Origin: Azolla caroliniana
Lineage: Eukaryota; Plantae; Polypodiophyta
Reading direction: 5' to 3'
Assembly (NCBI GenBank): GCA_043228905.1
Contig: JBHGNT010000008.1
Location: 13,020,001 to 13,084,000 of the forward strand
Length of the DNA stretch: 64,000 bases
Below the pieces are notes generated by a model. That model was not told the origin of the DNA. It did not search any database and saw nothing but the letters and a program-made list of their open reading frames with translations. Positions 46,930 through 60,779 of the stretch are shown piece by piece (the first letter of the stretch is position 1; the number at the start of each line of letters is the position of its first letter). A program made the translations under genes and the position numbers.

Positions 46930-46983
46930 AGACTCGAACCCATGACTTTATGCTACATGGGTCGAGCTCTTACCATTAGATTA
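46930..46983 (-). promoter_or_regulatory. tRNA-like A/B-box cassette in the chromovirus LTR (second copy 52175-52228)
   Basis: Minus strand TAATCTAATGG ... GGTTCGAGTCT; spacing 43. Confidence 0.5.
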
Positions 46984-47426
46984 TGAATTGTATTTTGTAG
47001 GATATTATTTTCATTTATACTTTATCATAGAAAATTGATGTATATTCCAGATCTCTCTGGAACATTCTAGAAGCTTCAGGATTATTCCTAAAAACACTAT
47101 AAAAGGAGGCACAAGGCATTGTTTTGAACCAAATTGGTTCAACGCCAGTCTTAAGCCTCTTAGCCGCTTGTACTTATCTTTTCACATAATATATAGCTGC
47201 TGTCATCATCTCTCTCTCTCTCATTCTCGCTATCTCTCTCTCTCTCCTCTTCTCACTTCCTCTCTCGGGAATCTTACGCGGTCCCGTCCTCTTAGTACTA
47301 ATAGTACTACTGTTCTTAGTACTAATTCCATCTCTGTTTTAGTACTATTCCTGACAGTTTGAACCAATTTCCTTCCTCTAGCCTACTTGTCACTCTCCCT
47401 CATCCTCCTACCCTTTTCCCTATACT

Positions 47427-48584
47427 ATGGCTACTGTTAGCGCCCAAGAATACCAATCCGTTTTCTCCGAGCTACAGTGCCTAAAAGAAAAGTTTGTTGC
47501 CCTGGAACAAGAAAACCAACGGCTGATAGTGGATCTGCAACAAATCGCTCTAGAAAAACAACAAACGCAACAACAACATGGGGAGTTAGCGTTACGGGTA
47601 CAACAACTCGAAGCAGCGTTGCAACAACAAGGATCTAGTCCCCAAGGATTTCATAAAGAGCCCAAGATTGGACTTCCTGTGAAATTTGATGGAACGCGTT
47701 CGCAATTCCGGGGATTCCTTAATCAGGTACGCTTAGTCATCCAGATGCATCCTTCCCGATATCCCACAGATGCATCTCGAGTCGGCCTAATAGGCACGCT
47801 ACTTAGCGGCTCAGCCTTGGCATGGTTTGCTCCGCTTCTAGAAAAACAATCACCCTTACTTAATAACTTTGAAGATTTTATTGGTGAGTTTAAAGCCTGC
47901 TTTGGAGACACCGACAGCATCAGGATGGCGATCAACAAGATCCGGCGACTGCGTCAAGGCGATCGTCCAGCCTCTGCCTACGCGGCGGATTTCCGCCTAC
48001 TTGCTTCAAATATACCCTGGGATGATCAAGCACTAATGGAGCAGTTTCGCTCTGGCTTGCGAAACGATGTCAAAGATCTACTTCTAACTTTCCCCGAAGA
48101 ACCAAAGTCTCTTACGGAGGCAATCAGTCGAGCAGTTCGATGTGACAACCGCCTTTTTGAACGGCGTTCAGAACGTCAATTACAGATACCACGCTCTAGG
48201 CCAGAGCCCACTTACGCCACAGTCGCGGCTAAACCGTTTGCACGAGACATACCTCAAGCAAATACTTCGACACCGATGGAGATCGATACCATGCGTCGAC
48301 GCGGCCCGTTATCGGAAGAAGAAAAGCAACGACGACGTGCCAATCGATTATGTCTTTATTGCGGTGGACCAGGACATATCGCCATCAATTGTCCCCATAG
48401 ACCAAGAAGACAGGTAAATCAAATCGTCGCCTGTACTAAACCCGAGTCAATTCTTCCCTTCGGAGTGTCTGATAGTATTAATAGTACTAATAGAGTGTCA
48501 GATAGTATTCATAGTACTAATAGCCCAAGTATCTCAAATAAATTTGAAATCCTTAGTCAATTAGATGAAGAGTTAAACGATTGA
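47427..48584 (+). CDS. gag: Chromovirus Gag (coiled coil, Ty3/PEG10-like capsid, CCHC knuckle)
   Basis: EPKIGLPVKFDG, PMEID and CLYCGGPGHIAINC. Confidence 0.93.
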   Translation: MATVSAQEYQSVFSELQCLKEKFVALEQENQRLIVDLQQIALEKQQTQQQHGELALRVQQLEAALQQQGSSPQGFHKEPKIGLPVKFDGTRSQFRGFLNQVRLVIQMHPSRYPTDASRVGLIGTLLSGSALAWFAPLLEKQSPLLNNFEDFIGEFKACFGDTDSIRMAINKIRRLRQGDRPASAYAADFRLLASNIPWDDQALMEQFRSGLRNDVKDLLLTFPEEPKSLTEAISRAVRCDNRLFERRSERQLQIPRSRPEPTYATVAAKPFARDIPQANTSTPMEIDTMRRRGPLSEEEKQRRRANRLCLYCGGPGHIAINCPHRPRRQVNQIVACTKPESILPFGVSDSINSTNRVSDSIHSTNSPSISNKFEILSQLDEELND

Positions 48585-51500
48585 GTCCAGCCAAAATAGG
48601 AGCCATTTGGTTGGACAGCAGCCCTAGATCTGTACAGCCCATTAGTGGTTCCATTCCTTCCAAGCAAGTTAGCAATGTGTTCCTAGCCCAAGTCATTGTT
48701 AGTACTAAAAGTACTCCCCCAGTACCCGTCCTAGCACTTTTAGATTCCGGAGCTAATTCCTGTTTCATGGATCGAAATTTTGCCCAAGCTTCTCAGATAT
48801 CCTTAAGAAAACTTCCTTGTCCCGCATCTGTAGTGGTCATTGATGGTCGTCCCATTGCTTCCGGGAATATTGTAGAAGAATCAGAACCCATTCAAGTTGT
48901 CCTAGGTAGTTTTGTGTGTATAATATCATTTAATATAATTAGTAGTCCAGAGCATCCCATTGTCCTAGGATTACCTTGGCTTGAATTACATAATCCAGCC
49001 ATAGATTGGAGAACAAGAGAAGTCCGATATCGACCACCCCAAGAATCAACTCACCGAGTTTCGACCATTTCACTCCATCAACTACGCGAAGAAGGACCCA
49101 AGGAGGCAATGTTCCTATTTGCCATATCAGTACATCCTTCTAGCACTATTAAGAAGGACTCCTCAATACAACTTCCGGCAAAATATCATCCTTATGCCGA
49201 TGTATTTGACAAGGTAAAAGCCGGTACCCTTCCTCATCACCGTCCCTATGACTGTCCCATCGATTTACAACCAGGAGCCGAGCCACCCTGGGGACCAATT
49301 TACAACTTGTCACCCACCGAGTTAGAAGTCCTTCGAGCCTACATAGAGGAGAACTTGGCAAGCGGGTTCATCCGTCATTCGAAATCTCCGGCCGGTGCAC
49401 CCATCTTCTTTGTCAAGAAGAAAGATGGCTCACTTCGTCTTGTCGTTGATTACCGCGGATTGAATAAAGTCACCATCCGGAATAGGTATGCACTTCCTCT
49501 TATATCAAGTCTTTTAGAGCGAGTTAATGGTGCCAAGTTTTTTACTAAAATCGACCTACGAGGAGCATATAATCTCATGCGGATCCGACCGGGAGATGAG
49601 TGGAAGACCGCTTTTCGCACGCGGTATGGGCATTTCGAGTATACTGTTATGCCGTTTGGCCTAACCAATGCACCCGCAGTCTTCCAACACATGGCAAATG
49701 ATATATTCAGAGACCTCTTGGATATCTGTTTGATCATTTATCTGGATGATCTATTGATTTATTCGAAGACCCAGGAAGAGCACAATTCTCATGTACTATT
49801 AGTACTAAAGCGACTCCGCGAGAATGGTCTTTATGCCAAGTTAGAGAAATGTAGCTTTGACTGCAAGCAAGTGGAATTTCTAGGCTACGTCATCTCCTCA
49901 AAGGGCATCGCCATGGATCCAGCTAAAATCCAAACTGTACTAGAGTGGCAAATTCCACGGTCGGTACGAGATGTACAATGTTTTCTAGGCTTTGCTAACT
50001 TCTACCGTAAGTTTATACAGGATTACTCGAAGATTATTTTACCTCTCACACAACTTACGAAGAAGGGCCAAGCATTTCTTTGGTCCATCGAAGCAGATAT
50101 GGCTTTTCGGCATCTTAAGAAAGCCTTTACATCAGCACCGATTCTAGCTCATGTGGATACAAGCAAACCATTCATCATGGAGGCCGACGCATCAGATTTC
50201 GCCCTCGGTAGCATCCTTTCTCAACAAGGCGATAAAGAAGAGTTGCATCCGGTGGCTTTCCATTCGCGCAAATTCAATGTCGCAGAAATCAACTACGAAA
50301 TACATGACAAGGAGTTATAAGCCATCGTGGATTCATTTGTACAATGGCGGCATTTCTTAGAGGGCTCTCCACATCAGGTCATTGTCTTTAGCGATCATAA
50401 AAATCTTGCTTATTTTCAAAACGCTCGCGTACTAAATCGACGGCAAGCTCGGTGGGCGCAATTCCTCACGCGTTTCAACTTCGAAATCACATATCGACCG
50501 GGGAAGCAGCAAGGAAAAGCAGATGCACTATCACGGCGTTCATATCTTGCACCGCGTCCTGGTGACGCAACATTTGATAATCAAAAGCAAGTAATCTTGG
50601 GACCAACACGATTGCACACGACGCGGATTTTTCACACCCCGATGGATTCACGGATTACCGATGACATACGTGCAACCTTGAAGACGGATAGTTTTGCTCA
50701 AGACGTCCTGGCGCACATTGATACTTCTCGGGCATCCTGTTCTCAGTCTCAACAACCAGGTATTGACTACCGACAATTCGAATATCATGATGGTTTGTTA
50801 TTCTTTAAAAAGCGCGTATATGTCCCCGATTGCTCCTGTCGCCTTCAAATCGTCCAACATTGTCACGACACCCATACGGCGGGACATTTCGGTAGTACCA
50901 AGACGTTGGAGTTAGTGCAGCGATCTTTTTGGTGGCCCCACATGCGCCGTTTTGTCGACGACTACGTTCGGACCTGTGATGATTGCTGCCGAGCAAAGAT
51001 GCCACGACACCATCCATATGGCTTGTTGGAACCTTTACCAATTCCAAGTAAGCCATGGCAGTCTATTTGTCTTGATTTTATTACAGATCTGCCGGTCTCG
51101 AAGGGGTTCGATGCTATCCTAACCGTCGTCGATCGATATACGAAGATGGCACATTTTGTGCCATGTACTAAAGCCATCACTAGCGAGGAAACCGCCGCTC
51201 TTGTTATGCGTGAGGTATTTCGGCATCATGGCCTACCAGACAGTATTATCAGTGACCGAGGCCCGCAATTTGTCTCCAAATTTTGGCAGCATCTCTTCAG
51301 GATGCTCAAGGTCTCCTGCAACCTCTCCTCCGGCTACCATCCTCAAACTGACGGACAGGCGGAACGAACAAACCAAACGTTGGAGCAATATCTCCGGTGT
51401 TTCCTGAGTTATCAACAGGACGATTGGGCCGAGATTCTCCACTTTGCGGAGTTTGCGTATAATAATGCTATTCACTCCTCGACTCGGGTCTCCCCATTTC

Positions 51501-52153
51501 TCGCTTATACCGGTTTCCATCCTCGCTGGTCGGTGATCGACACTCCGGAGCTACCTACCAACCCTCGTGCCGAGGACCATTTGGAGAGGCTACGCAAGAT
51601 CCAGATGGATCTCTCTACTCACCTTCGTCATGCTCAACACACACAGAAGACTTATGCGGATCGTCATCGGATTCCCTCCTCTTTTGCCATCGGAGATCGA
51701 GTATGGCTCTTACGTCGTCACATCAAGACTACTCGACCGTGCGACAAGTTGGATTATCGACGACTCGGTCCTTTCCGTATTACGGGGAAGATTAATGATG
51801 TCACCTTCCGCCTGAATCTCCCTCCGCAGCTTCAGATACATCCGGTTTTCCATTGTTCTCTTCTTGAACCTTATAAAGCAAACACCATTCCCGATCGTGT
51901 GACACCACCGCCGCCCCCGCTGGAGTTGGACGCCGGCCCGGAGTATGAAGTTGCTGCCATCCTCGATTCCAAACTTGTTCGCAACAAACTTTATTACTTG
52001 GTCGATTGGCTCAGTTATAGTCCGAGCGAACGTACTTGGGAACCCGTCGAGAATGTTGCCAATGCACAAGATCTTCTTGCTGATTTCCACCGAAAGTATC
52101 CGGACAAACCCGGTCCGCAATTAGCGCCGACTCGTTCCACTCGTCGTCTTTAA
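48572..52153 (+). pseudogene. pol: Chromovirus Pol (PR-RT-RH-IN-chromodomain) with one nonsense codon at 50318-50320
   Basis: LLDSGA, MPFGLTNAPA, YLDD, ADASDF, ISDRGPQF and chromodomain EYEVAAILD..YLVDW..TWEP. KEL*AI is in frame. Confidence 0.93.
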
Positions 52154-53008
52154 GGGGGAGATAGTGTCATGGCAAGACTCGAACCCATGACTTTATGCTA
52201 CATGGGTCGAGCTCTTACCATTAGATTATGAATTGTATTTTGTAGGATATTATTTTCATTTATACTTTATCATAGAAAATTGATGTATATTCCAGATCTC
52301 TCTGGAACATTCTAGAAGCTTCAGGATTATTCCTAAAAACACTATAAAAGGAGGCACAAGGCATTGTTTTGAACCAAATTGGTTCAACGCCAGTCTTAAG
52401 CCTCTTAGCCGCTTGTACTTATCTTTTCACATAATATATAGCTGCTGTCATCATCTCTCTCTCTCTCTCTCATTCTCGCTATCTCTCTCTCTCTCCTCTT
52501 CTCACTTCCTCTCTCGGGAATCTTACGCGGTCCCGTCCTCTTAGTACTAATAGTACTGTTGTTCTTAGTACTAATTCCATCTCTGTTTTAGTACTATTCC
52601 TGACACCAGTGGGACCATGACAACGTGGGAACCTTAGCTCTCCTAATTGTGTAGAGTGCCCAAATGCAGTAGAATCAATACGACACGCTCTGTGGAACTG
52701 CCCTGCATCCCATCGAATATGGTAGGGGGTTGGCCGCTTGTTGCAATTATGCCAAGTGCAAGGCTCAATCAAGTGGGGAAATATATGTTGGCTATCATGC
52801 CAGACCCTAGTTGGCAGATATGAGCATCAGGAGGAGGGGATGACTTTGGTGATAAAAGCAGAAGAGGTTTCTTTCTCCATTAGCGGCAATGTCCACTCAA
52901 CTCCTCTTAATGACAAATCTCAAGTTGTGTTGGAATTGGTTAGCCCAATAACTCTTTGGATTCTATGGAAACAACGGTGTAGACGAGTCTTCTCCAACCA
53001 AACCGCGT

Positions 53009-56000
53009 TGTCGGGGTGTACTTTGTACACTACGTAAAATATGTGTGGAGTACCCGATTGACAAAGTATAAAGAAATAGGAGAAATACTACAATAATTAT
53101 GTTACATGCATAGGGCAGGATTTGAACCTTGTACCTCCATGTTAATGATTTTAAACCTTACCATTGTACTAAGTTATACTAAACTTCATCCCATGTAAAT
53201 ATTCTAGATAAGCATGATAGAAAAAGTTATTCATGCATACACACTCGAGTTAAAAGAAAAGATGTGATAGAAAGCTAATCATGCACATGTAGTGTGCATG
53301 AAAACTAAAGTTAGAAAAAGCATGATGCTTGCATGTGATCAACTTAGACTCTTCTATCACTATATAAGGAAGAGAGAAAGATGTATAGGGGTTGTTGATT
53401 TTTTTGAAGGGTTGATTAATATATTATATTCGTGGGATTCACGAATTTGCCATCTATTTCTTTCTTTTTATCTAAATTCATATTCTTATCTAACTGTTGA
53501 TTAATACAATATACCCGTGGGATTCACAAGGTTTTTTATATCTTTTAGTTACAACCTATTCACATTCTTATTTTGCCTTGAATTATCCAACCTCCTAGTC
53601 CAAAACCCCAACGGTTCCCACCCGACTCACGCAACGATCCGGTGCCGAAAAGCACGACAGAAGTGGTCAAACCGATGTGAAAACGGGTGCCAAGGAGATG
53701 GAAAATCAACAAGAGGCTAACAACATGATGGCGATGTTCGAGTGGATGCTACAAGAACAACACACGATGTCGGAGATTGCGGCAACAGTAGAGCGGCTCA
53801 TGCAACATAACATGCAATTCAACGGGAAGGATGTGTCGCAATATTTGCGTATTACAAGGCAGAAATGCTACGGTGTGGAATATCGGAAGGATTGCAGGTG
53901 ACATTCTTCAATCAGGTGGCTACGTACGGGCTTCAAGGGAGTATCCACGGGATATGACAACAAAATCCGATGTGGGAAGCATTTGAAGAAGCGCTAAAGA
54001 CCACGTTCGCCATCGAGGACTCCTCCAAGGCAACACGGAGGGGATTCGAAGATTGGGTGGAAACGCCAAAGAAGGGGCTGAAGGTCCTCGATGTGTTTTC
54101 GGCATTCGAAAATTTGGTTCGGGAGGTTGTCCGCGAGAGATCAAGCTCTCCTCGAACCAGACAAAGTGATCATGTTCTTACGAGCCGTGGATGTCAGGGA
54201 CCGGAAAGATCTTGGAATGCTTCTAGAGGACACCACTACTGAGAGTGGCCTCACCAATACATGGGAAAACATGCAGGACATCATTGCGCGATACACAAAG
54301 AGGGGGCAATGACTTGGTAGTGAAGAAAAGAGGGTTTCAGAACCAATTCCGAAACCTAGATCTGGATTGGAAGACCATCAACCGTGGGCTCGGGAGACTA
54401 CGACCGACAAAGGAATCGATGCAACCACGGTGGAGCAGTTGCTGAAGGAGATGGAGAATCTGAAAATCACGATGGTGAAGAAGTCAAATGACCGTCCCAC
54501 AAGTTCCAAGTATATGGACTGTCGATGCATATGGTGTAATAGCACCGAACATGATCGGAGGGATTGCGATGAGCACAAGGAGGCGCTATGACAGGATCTT
54601 ATCTACTACGAGGGAAATTGGATTCATTCGATGGACTCTCGGAAGCCACTCTGACCGAACATCCGAAAAGGAGACATGAAGAAGGTCCTAGAAGAGGAAA
54701 TAGCGGCGAAATGCAATTATGCGACAACCGTGGGGATACGTGTGGGTGAGTCCTCTGGAGCAAAGGCGTCTTTTTGGTCGGAAGTGCTAGAAAACCTCGA
54801 GAAAACTGACTCTAATGAGATCCGAAGCACCGCGGAAGGCATCCGAGAAGCTACGGGATGGGAGTGCCCCGTCGATATGAATAGCATGTATGCCCTATGC
54901 CAATTACATGAGGTGTATGTAGATGAGAAACGATGGTGCACGGATGATGCGGCCGAACCATCAAAGACACCGGAGAGCTGGAACTCCGAAGGGAAGGGGA
55001 AAGGAAAAACAATTCTGTCATTCAAACTCACTTCGGACATCAAGCAATGAACGTACTTAAAAAAGGTGTTCAAGGAGAGAATCCTCGATGGCTGGGTAGA
55101 TTTTTCGCTTCGGGAATTACTCGGAATAGCGAAGGAGTTCCACAATCTTCTTGTGGATCTCATGAAGAGAAAAAGACAAAATACAGAGGAAAATGCTCCA
55201 AGGGTGAATGCAAATACCGTTCTAATGAATGATGCCGAAATGGAGGATGAAATTCCGAACTCCCACTACACAAGGCCACACTAGGCATGCGCAACTATAG
55301 AGACTCCGGTCCGAATCGGAAACATCAAAGAGCCCTTACTAGCATTGATTGATCATGGATCGGAGATCAATACGTACACGACCGTAACCGGAGTAATGAA
55401 GAAAGAATTCTAAAACGTGCAAGATGAGTTACGGTCTGCATCAATAATAAAAGAAGACGAAGAAATCGTGGGAGTAGTTAAAGAAGTGTTCTATGGGAGC
55501 ACGCTACAACGGCTTGAAGAGCTTGTAGAAGACAATAGCTAGGGAGACCGGGTAGTTCCAGTGGAATCGGTCAAGATGTATGGGATCATTGCGAAAATGG
55601 GGCCAGATGCGCTCCGCAAAGAAGAAGCAATGGTATGTACGAAATATAAGACCATGGAAAAGAAGGTGAAACCGGCCGCGGGACCGCTACCCGCCGATAG
55701 CGAACAAAAGAGGAAAGAAGTCTCGAAAGATCCGACACTTCCGAAGATCGTGGATATCATACATGCCTTCACGGATGAGACCCGAAAAAAACTTCGGATT
55801 GGTGGAGGTGGTTTCCTCTCACAAAATGAAGAAGAACAATTTCGTGAGATGTTGGAGCAGCATGGAAGAGCATTTGCATTCACATCGAGAGAGATAGGGT
55901 GCGCTAATCCGAAGATAGTGGAGCCGATGGTGATCTTCACGATTGATCATGTGTCGTGGAACCTAAAGCCGATTTTGGTGCCACAGGTGCATATTCCGAA

Positions 56001-59000
56001 AATCATTCACTTGCTTAAGGAGAAGGTGGCGATGGGGATTCTAGAGCCATCAAATGCTCCGTACTCAAATCGATGGTTTACGGTTCCGAAGAAGAATGGG
56101 TCACTCCAGTTTATTCAAGATTTGCAACCGGTGAACAAGGTCACGATCCGGAACTCCAAAGTCGGTCCAATAATGGACAAATTTGCGGAAGCATTTGCCG
56201 GTCACGCAATATACTCCATCAGAGACCTATACTCCGGCCGGCTATGACCAATTCCAACTAGCCGTGGAGAGCCGAGACATCACTACCCTGAGGACACCGA
56301 TAGGATTGGTCTAGATGTGCACACTACCACAAGGCGCGACGAACTCGGTCGCACATATGATGAATGCGATGAACAAGATGCTCCGGGATTGCATTCCGGA
56401 GATAACGATGTCGTTCCTAGATGACATTCCGATAAAAGGATGTGTGGTGGAAGAAAAAGATTAGATTATGGATGATCGGGGATGCTGAAAGTTTGTAGTC
56501 GACCATATTCACGATTGTGAGAAAGTGTTACGGAAGTTAGAAGATGTGCACCTAACACTCTCCAGAGAGAAATTGGCATTCAGGCAAGAAGAGATATTTG
56601 TAGTCGGACATCTATGTGGGCCCTACGGACGAAGACCGTCACCAACCAAGATTGATGCGATTCAAGCTATGAAAGAAATATGCGAGTCACAATCCGAAGT
56701 CCGTAGGTTTCTTGGGGCATGTGTATTTTATCACATATGGATTCCACACTATGCACACATTGCAGGCCCACTCTATCACTTGTTGTGGAAGGGAAAGAAG
56801 TTCGAATGGAAACCGGAACATACCAAAGCCGTGAAGAAGCTCAAGAAATCACTGCGGAGGGCAGAAGCACTTAAGAAGCCGAACTATGACCGACCGATTA
56901 TAGTAATGGTTGATACAAGTCCAACCGGGATCGGATGGGTCATCAATCAAGTCGATTCGGATGGTTCACAATATCCGATCCGATTCGTAGCAAAAGTTCT
57001 CAACAAAAGGCAACGCGGATATGCACAAGTTAAAAGAGAATTATGGGGAGTCGTGTCGGCGATAAAATCAGATCGAGATTACTTGATCGGAGCCGAAGTA
57101 GTGATTGAAATGGATTGTCTTTCGATACTCGGGATGATGCGGCGTTGCACAATACTGGATATGGTTATGCTAAGATGGATTGCATATGTAAAGTCGCTTA
57201 ATCTAGAGCTACGATACATCTTCGGAAAAGACAACGCGGTAGCGGATATGCTATCAAGGGCACGGTTCGAAGACGACATAGCCGAATCTGATAATGAAGA
57301 AGTTTCCGAAAACTACTTTACTTCGGAGCGCATATGCCGAGTGAACGTAATCCGAGAATTCCGGGAAGAAGAATACGAGGGAGAAAGCTTGCTGATCGGG
57401 AAAGTGCTACAAGAAATTGAGGAATCATCGAACAATAAAGAAAAGAGAGTCGAGATCCGAAGTAAGAAGCGGCAAGTTCATAAGTTTTTCTTGAACAACG
57501 GATTAATCTGGAGGGAGCTGAAAAGACCGGATGGCATACCACTACGAGTAGTTGGAACAAAAGCGCAATGAAACCAGATAATCCGAATGTCACGAATCCA
57601 ATTGGGCTGGACATCGGGGAACATGGGCAATATTTGCGAAGATCAAACAAAAATATTGGTGGAAGAATATGTACAAAGATGTAGCGGAGTTCACAGAATG
57701 TTGTGAGAAATGTCAAATCTACTCTGGAGTTTGACACCAAGATGAATTATATCCGACATTCTCACCGACAATCTACTTCAATTGGATGGTCAACATTGTG
57801 GTCATGCCAACCAGGATTGGACAAAAGAAGTACTTGGTGTTAGCCCAGGAAGATTTGACAAACCAAGTAGAAGGACGGGCACTACGGAGGAAAGCATGTT
57901 CCGTAGTATGCCAATTTCTCTTGGAAGAAGTGTTCTGCAGGTACGGGTGCGTAGGACAAGTGATTGCGGATCGGGGAGAACTTGACTCTGATAAAGCTAG
58001 GGAATTCTTCGTCAGACGTGGAGTATGGTTAACACTAACCACGGCATACAATCCGGAAGCCAACGGGAAGATCGAACAAGGACATAGTCCAATCGTCAAA
58101 GCACTTCAAAAGCATGCGATGAAAGGATGAAGGATTGGCCACAAATGCTTCCGTATGCACTATGGGCGGATCGCACGACGCATAGTTCCGTGACTAGTTA
58201 TATGCCAGCCGAACTTATGACTGGACAAGCATTGGTAATGCCGACGAAAACCGCAATTGCAACATGGACAGTGCTACCATGGAAGCAAGAAATGAGCCGG
58301 GAAGAACTACTAGCGGTCCGAATATGACAACTAGAGGGAAGACCGGAAAACATAGCGGAAGTAACATGCCGACAACAGGAAGCACGATTCCGGAACAAAA
58401 GTTGATTTGACACAAAGCATCGATTACGACCACGGAAGATTGAAGAAGGAGATTGGGTGATTGTCTATGACAGTAGTTTGGATCATCAACATACAACGAT
58501 ACGGAAGTTCGCTAAAAGGTGGTTCGGGCCATACGAGGTTCAGAAAGTTTTTGACAACGGAACTTACCGACTATACGAGTTGGATGGAACAATACTACGG
58601 GTGCCTATAGCGGGGAAACGGGTGAAGATTTTCAAGAAGCAGACTGACGATGAACCTTATGTAAGCTTAGACAAGACTGACAACGAGGAGCAATCAGACA
58701 AAGATCGCAGTGATGCGGAAAGCGAAGAAAGTGGACTACAATTGATAATCGACATAAGGGGAGAATCGGAGAGTGCTACGGATGAAGGCGAATAACAAGC
58801 ATCGGAAACTTTGGCACATACCGGAGGATGTGCAAGTTCAGAGGGGGTGAGTGTCGTGGTGTACTTTGTACACTACGTAAAATATGTGTGGAGTACTCAA
58901 TTGACTAAGCATAAAGAAATAGGAGAAATACTACAATAATTATGTTACATGCATAGGGCAAGATTTGAACCTTGTACCTCCATGTTAATGATTTTAAGCC

Positions 59001-59520
59001 TTACCATTGTACTACCATATTATGAGTTTTAAAGTTATACTAAACTTCATCCCATGTAAATATTCTAGACAAGCATGATAGAAAAAGTTATTCATGCATA
59101 CACACTCGAGTTAAAAGAAAAGATGTGATAGAAAGCTAATCATGCACATGTAGTGTGCATGAAAACTAAAGTTAGAAAAAGCATGATGCTTGCATGTGAT
59201 CAACTTAGACTCTTCTATCACTATATAAGGAAAAGAGAAAGATGTATAGGGGTTGTTGATTTTTTTGAAGGGTTGATTAATATATTATATTCGTGGGATT
59301 CACGAATTTGCCATCTATTTCTTTCTTTTTATCTAAATTCATATTCTTATCTAACTGTTGATTAATACACTATACCCGTGGGATTCACAAGGTTTTTTAT
59401 ATCTTTTAGTTACAACCTATTCACATTCTTATTTTGCCTTGAATTATCCAACCTCCTAGTCCAAAACCCCAACGGTTCCCTCCCGACTCACGCAACGATC
59501 CGGCGCCGAAAAGCACGACA
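53009..59520 (+). mobile_element. Decayed full-length non-chromovirus Gypsy M (G lineage): LTRs 53009-53659 and 58852-59520
   Basis: TGTCG..CGACA termini. Trp-like PBS TGGTCAAACCGATGTGAA at 53664 and PPT at ~58840-58851. Fragmented gag/pol homologous to G. TSD GCGT/GCAC is degenerate. Confidence 0.92.
53118..53171 (-). promoter_or_regulatory. tRNA-like A/B-box cassette in the M LTR (second copy 58961-59014)
   Basis: Minus strand TAGTACAATGG ... GGTTCAAATCC; spacing 43. Confidence 0.6.
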
Positions 59521-60779
59521 GCACATCCAACAAGGCTACTGCAAGAGATATGAAGTGAAATTGTAGCCACTTTAAAGAGCCAATATGATGGCCTCAAGGG
59601 TGGCTCCGATGGAGTTGAAAGACAACGAATAGCCTTCATCCAACAGTGGTCGTCCTCTCCCGTTCTTGAGCATCCAATAGTGGTCGTGCTCTCCCTTTCT
59701 TAAGTCAGTGGGCATCCACATAAGATGGAACTATCGCACCCCTACAGGGATTTGTACATAATAGTCTCATTAGTAAAATTTTATAACTAATGGAAGGAGT
59801 GTTTGTTTTAGAAAATAAAAAATAAAAAATAAAAAAATATGGTAAATCAACAACATGCTCTTGGGTTCTTTAATCTAGAAAAGACAAAATCTCTATTGCT
59901 CCACATAAGTTCCTTTTTGTGCCGTGAATTTGAATTAAATAAGGGGGACATCCAAATAATATAATATTGTGTTGATTCCTAACTCAAGGTCATCTCTCAT
60001 GCACAACAATCTTAGTGAAATGTACAAAATGTGTCATATGTTTCTATCTTCAAAGTTTGTGGCATTATTGGTGCCATAGAAAAGGGCCATAGTTTTCATG
60101 TCAAAATCACTAAAAAAAGGTGTACTAGAAAGATATGTTGTTATTATCAATAGTGTGATTGTTATGTATGTCAAATGTGGCTTGACCCTATAGAACATAT
60201 ATTGCTCGATAAGGTTTAGTATCAAGATATATTGCTTACCAAAACACTATTTGACAACATTACTTTTATATGTCATGTAAGTTATCTTGTAGATTCATGA
60301 GCAACAAAAAGAAACAAAGGTTGTGGAGAGAGTGATAAGCAACATGGGTATCACAAATTAATCAATTTCCAATTTGTCTAAAGAAGGTTCCATCTTGTGG
60401 AGAGATCTATCATGTGTGAATTCATGATAAAACAAACAACTTAATGTCGAAACCCTAAAAAAGAAAGAAGTTGAAGAAGAAGAAAACCTAGAAGACCCCA
60501 AAATTGACCAAGAAGCAAAATGATGCCTCTTCGCACCGCCAACACAAAAAATCAAAACTCTTGCACCTATTTAAGTCAAGGGAATGGCTTTATTTTAGTT
60601 TTATATATTTCAAACTCAAAGATTTGGATGTCAAATTATTTTTTTAACAGTTTGAAGTTTTTTGAAGTTTTTGATGTTAGGCTCCTATCCTCAGTCGGCC
60701 GTGAGTATCGGCCGAGCGTCTTCAGTCAAAGAGTAGGCTTCTTGGTGACAGAGGCTATTAGCTTTTTGGATGGCACGCT

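Larger units (their letters stand above)
46920..52605 (+). mobile_element. Full-length Tcn1/Tf1-sushi-type chromovirus L: LTRs 46920-47356 and 52165-52605
   Basis: TSD CCAGT on both sides. TGTCA..TGACA termini and near-identical LTRs. PPT AAGGGGGAGATAG at 52152-52164. No tRNA PBS. Confidence 0.96.
43580..59840 (+). mobile_element. Decayed L1-clade LINE ORF2 in four pieces: 43580-45399, 46240-46919, 52611-53008, 59525-~59840
   Basis: SCPGIDG, QTSFVRNQSILDN, IDFEKAYDRV, VRQGCPLAP and YLGF motifs. Zinc finger CVEC..H..WNC at ~52650 and LWILWKQR. A-rich tail-like run at 59812-59837. Confidence 0.85.
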
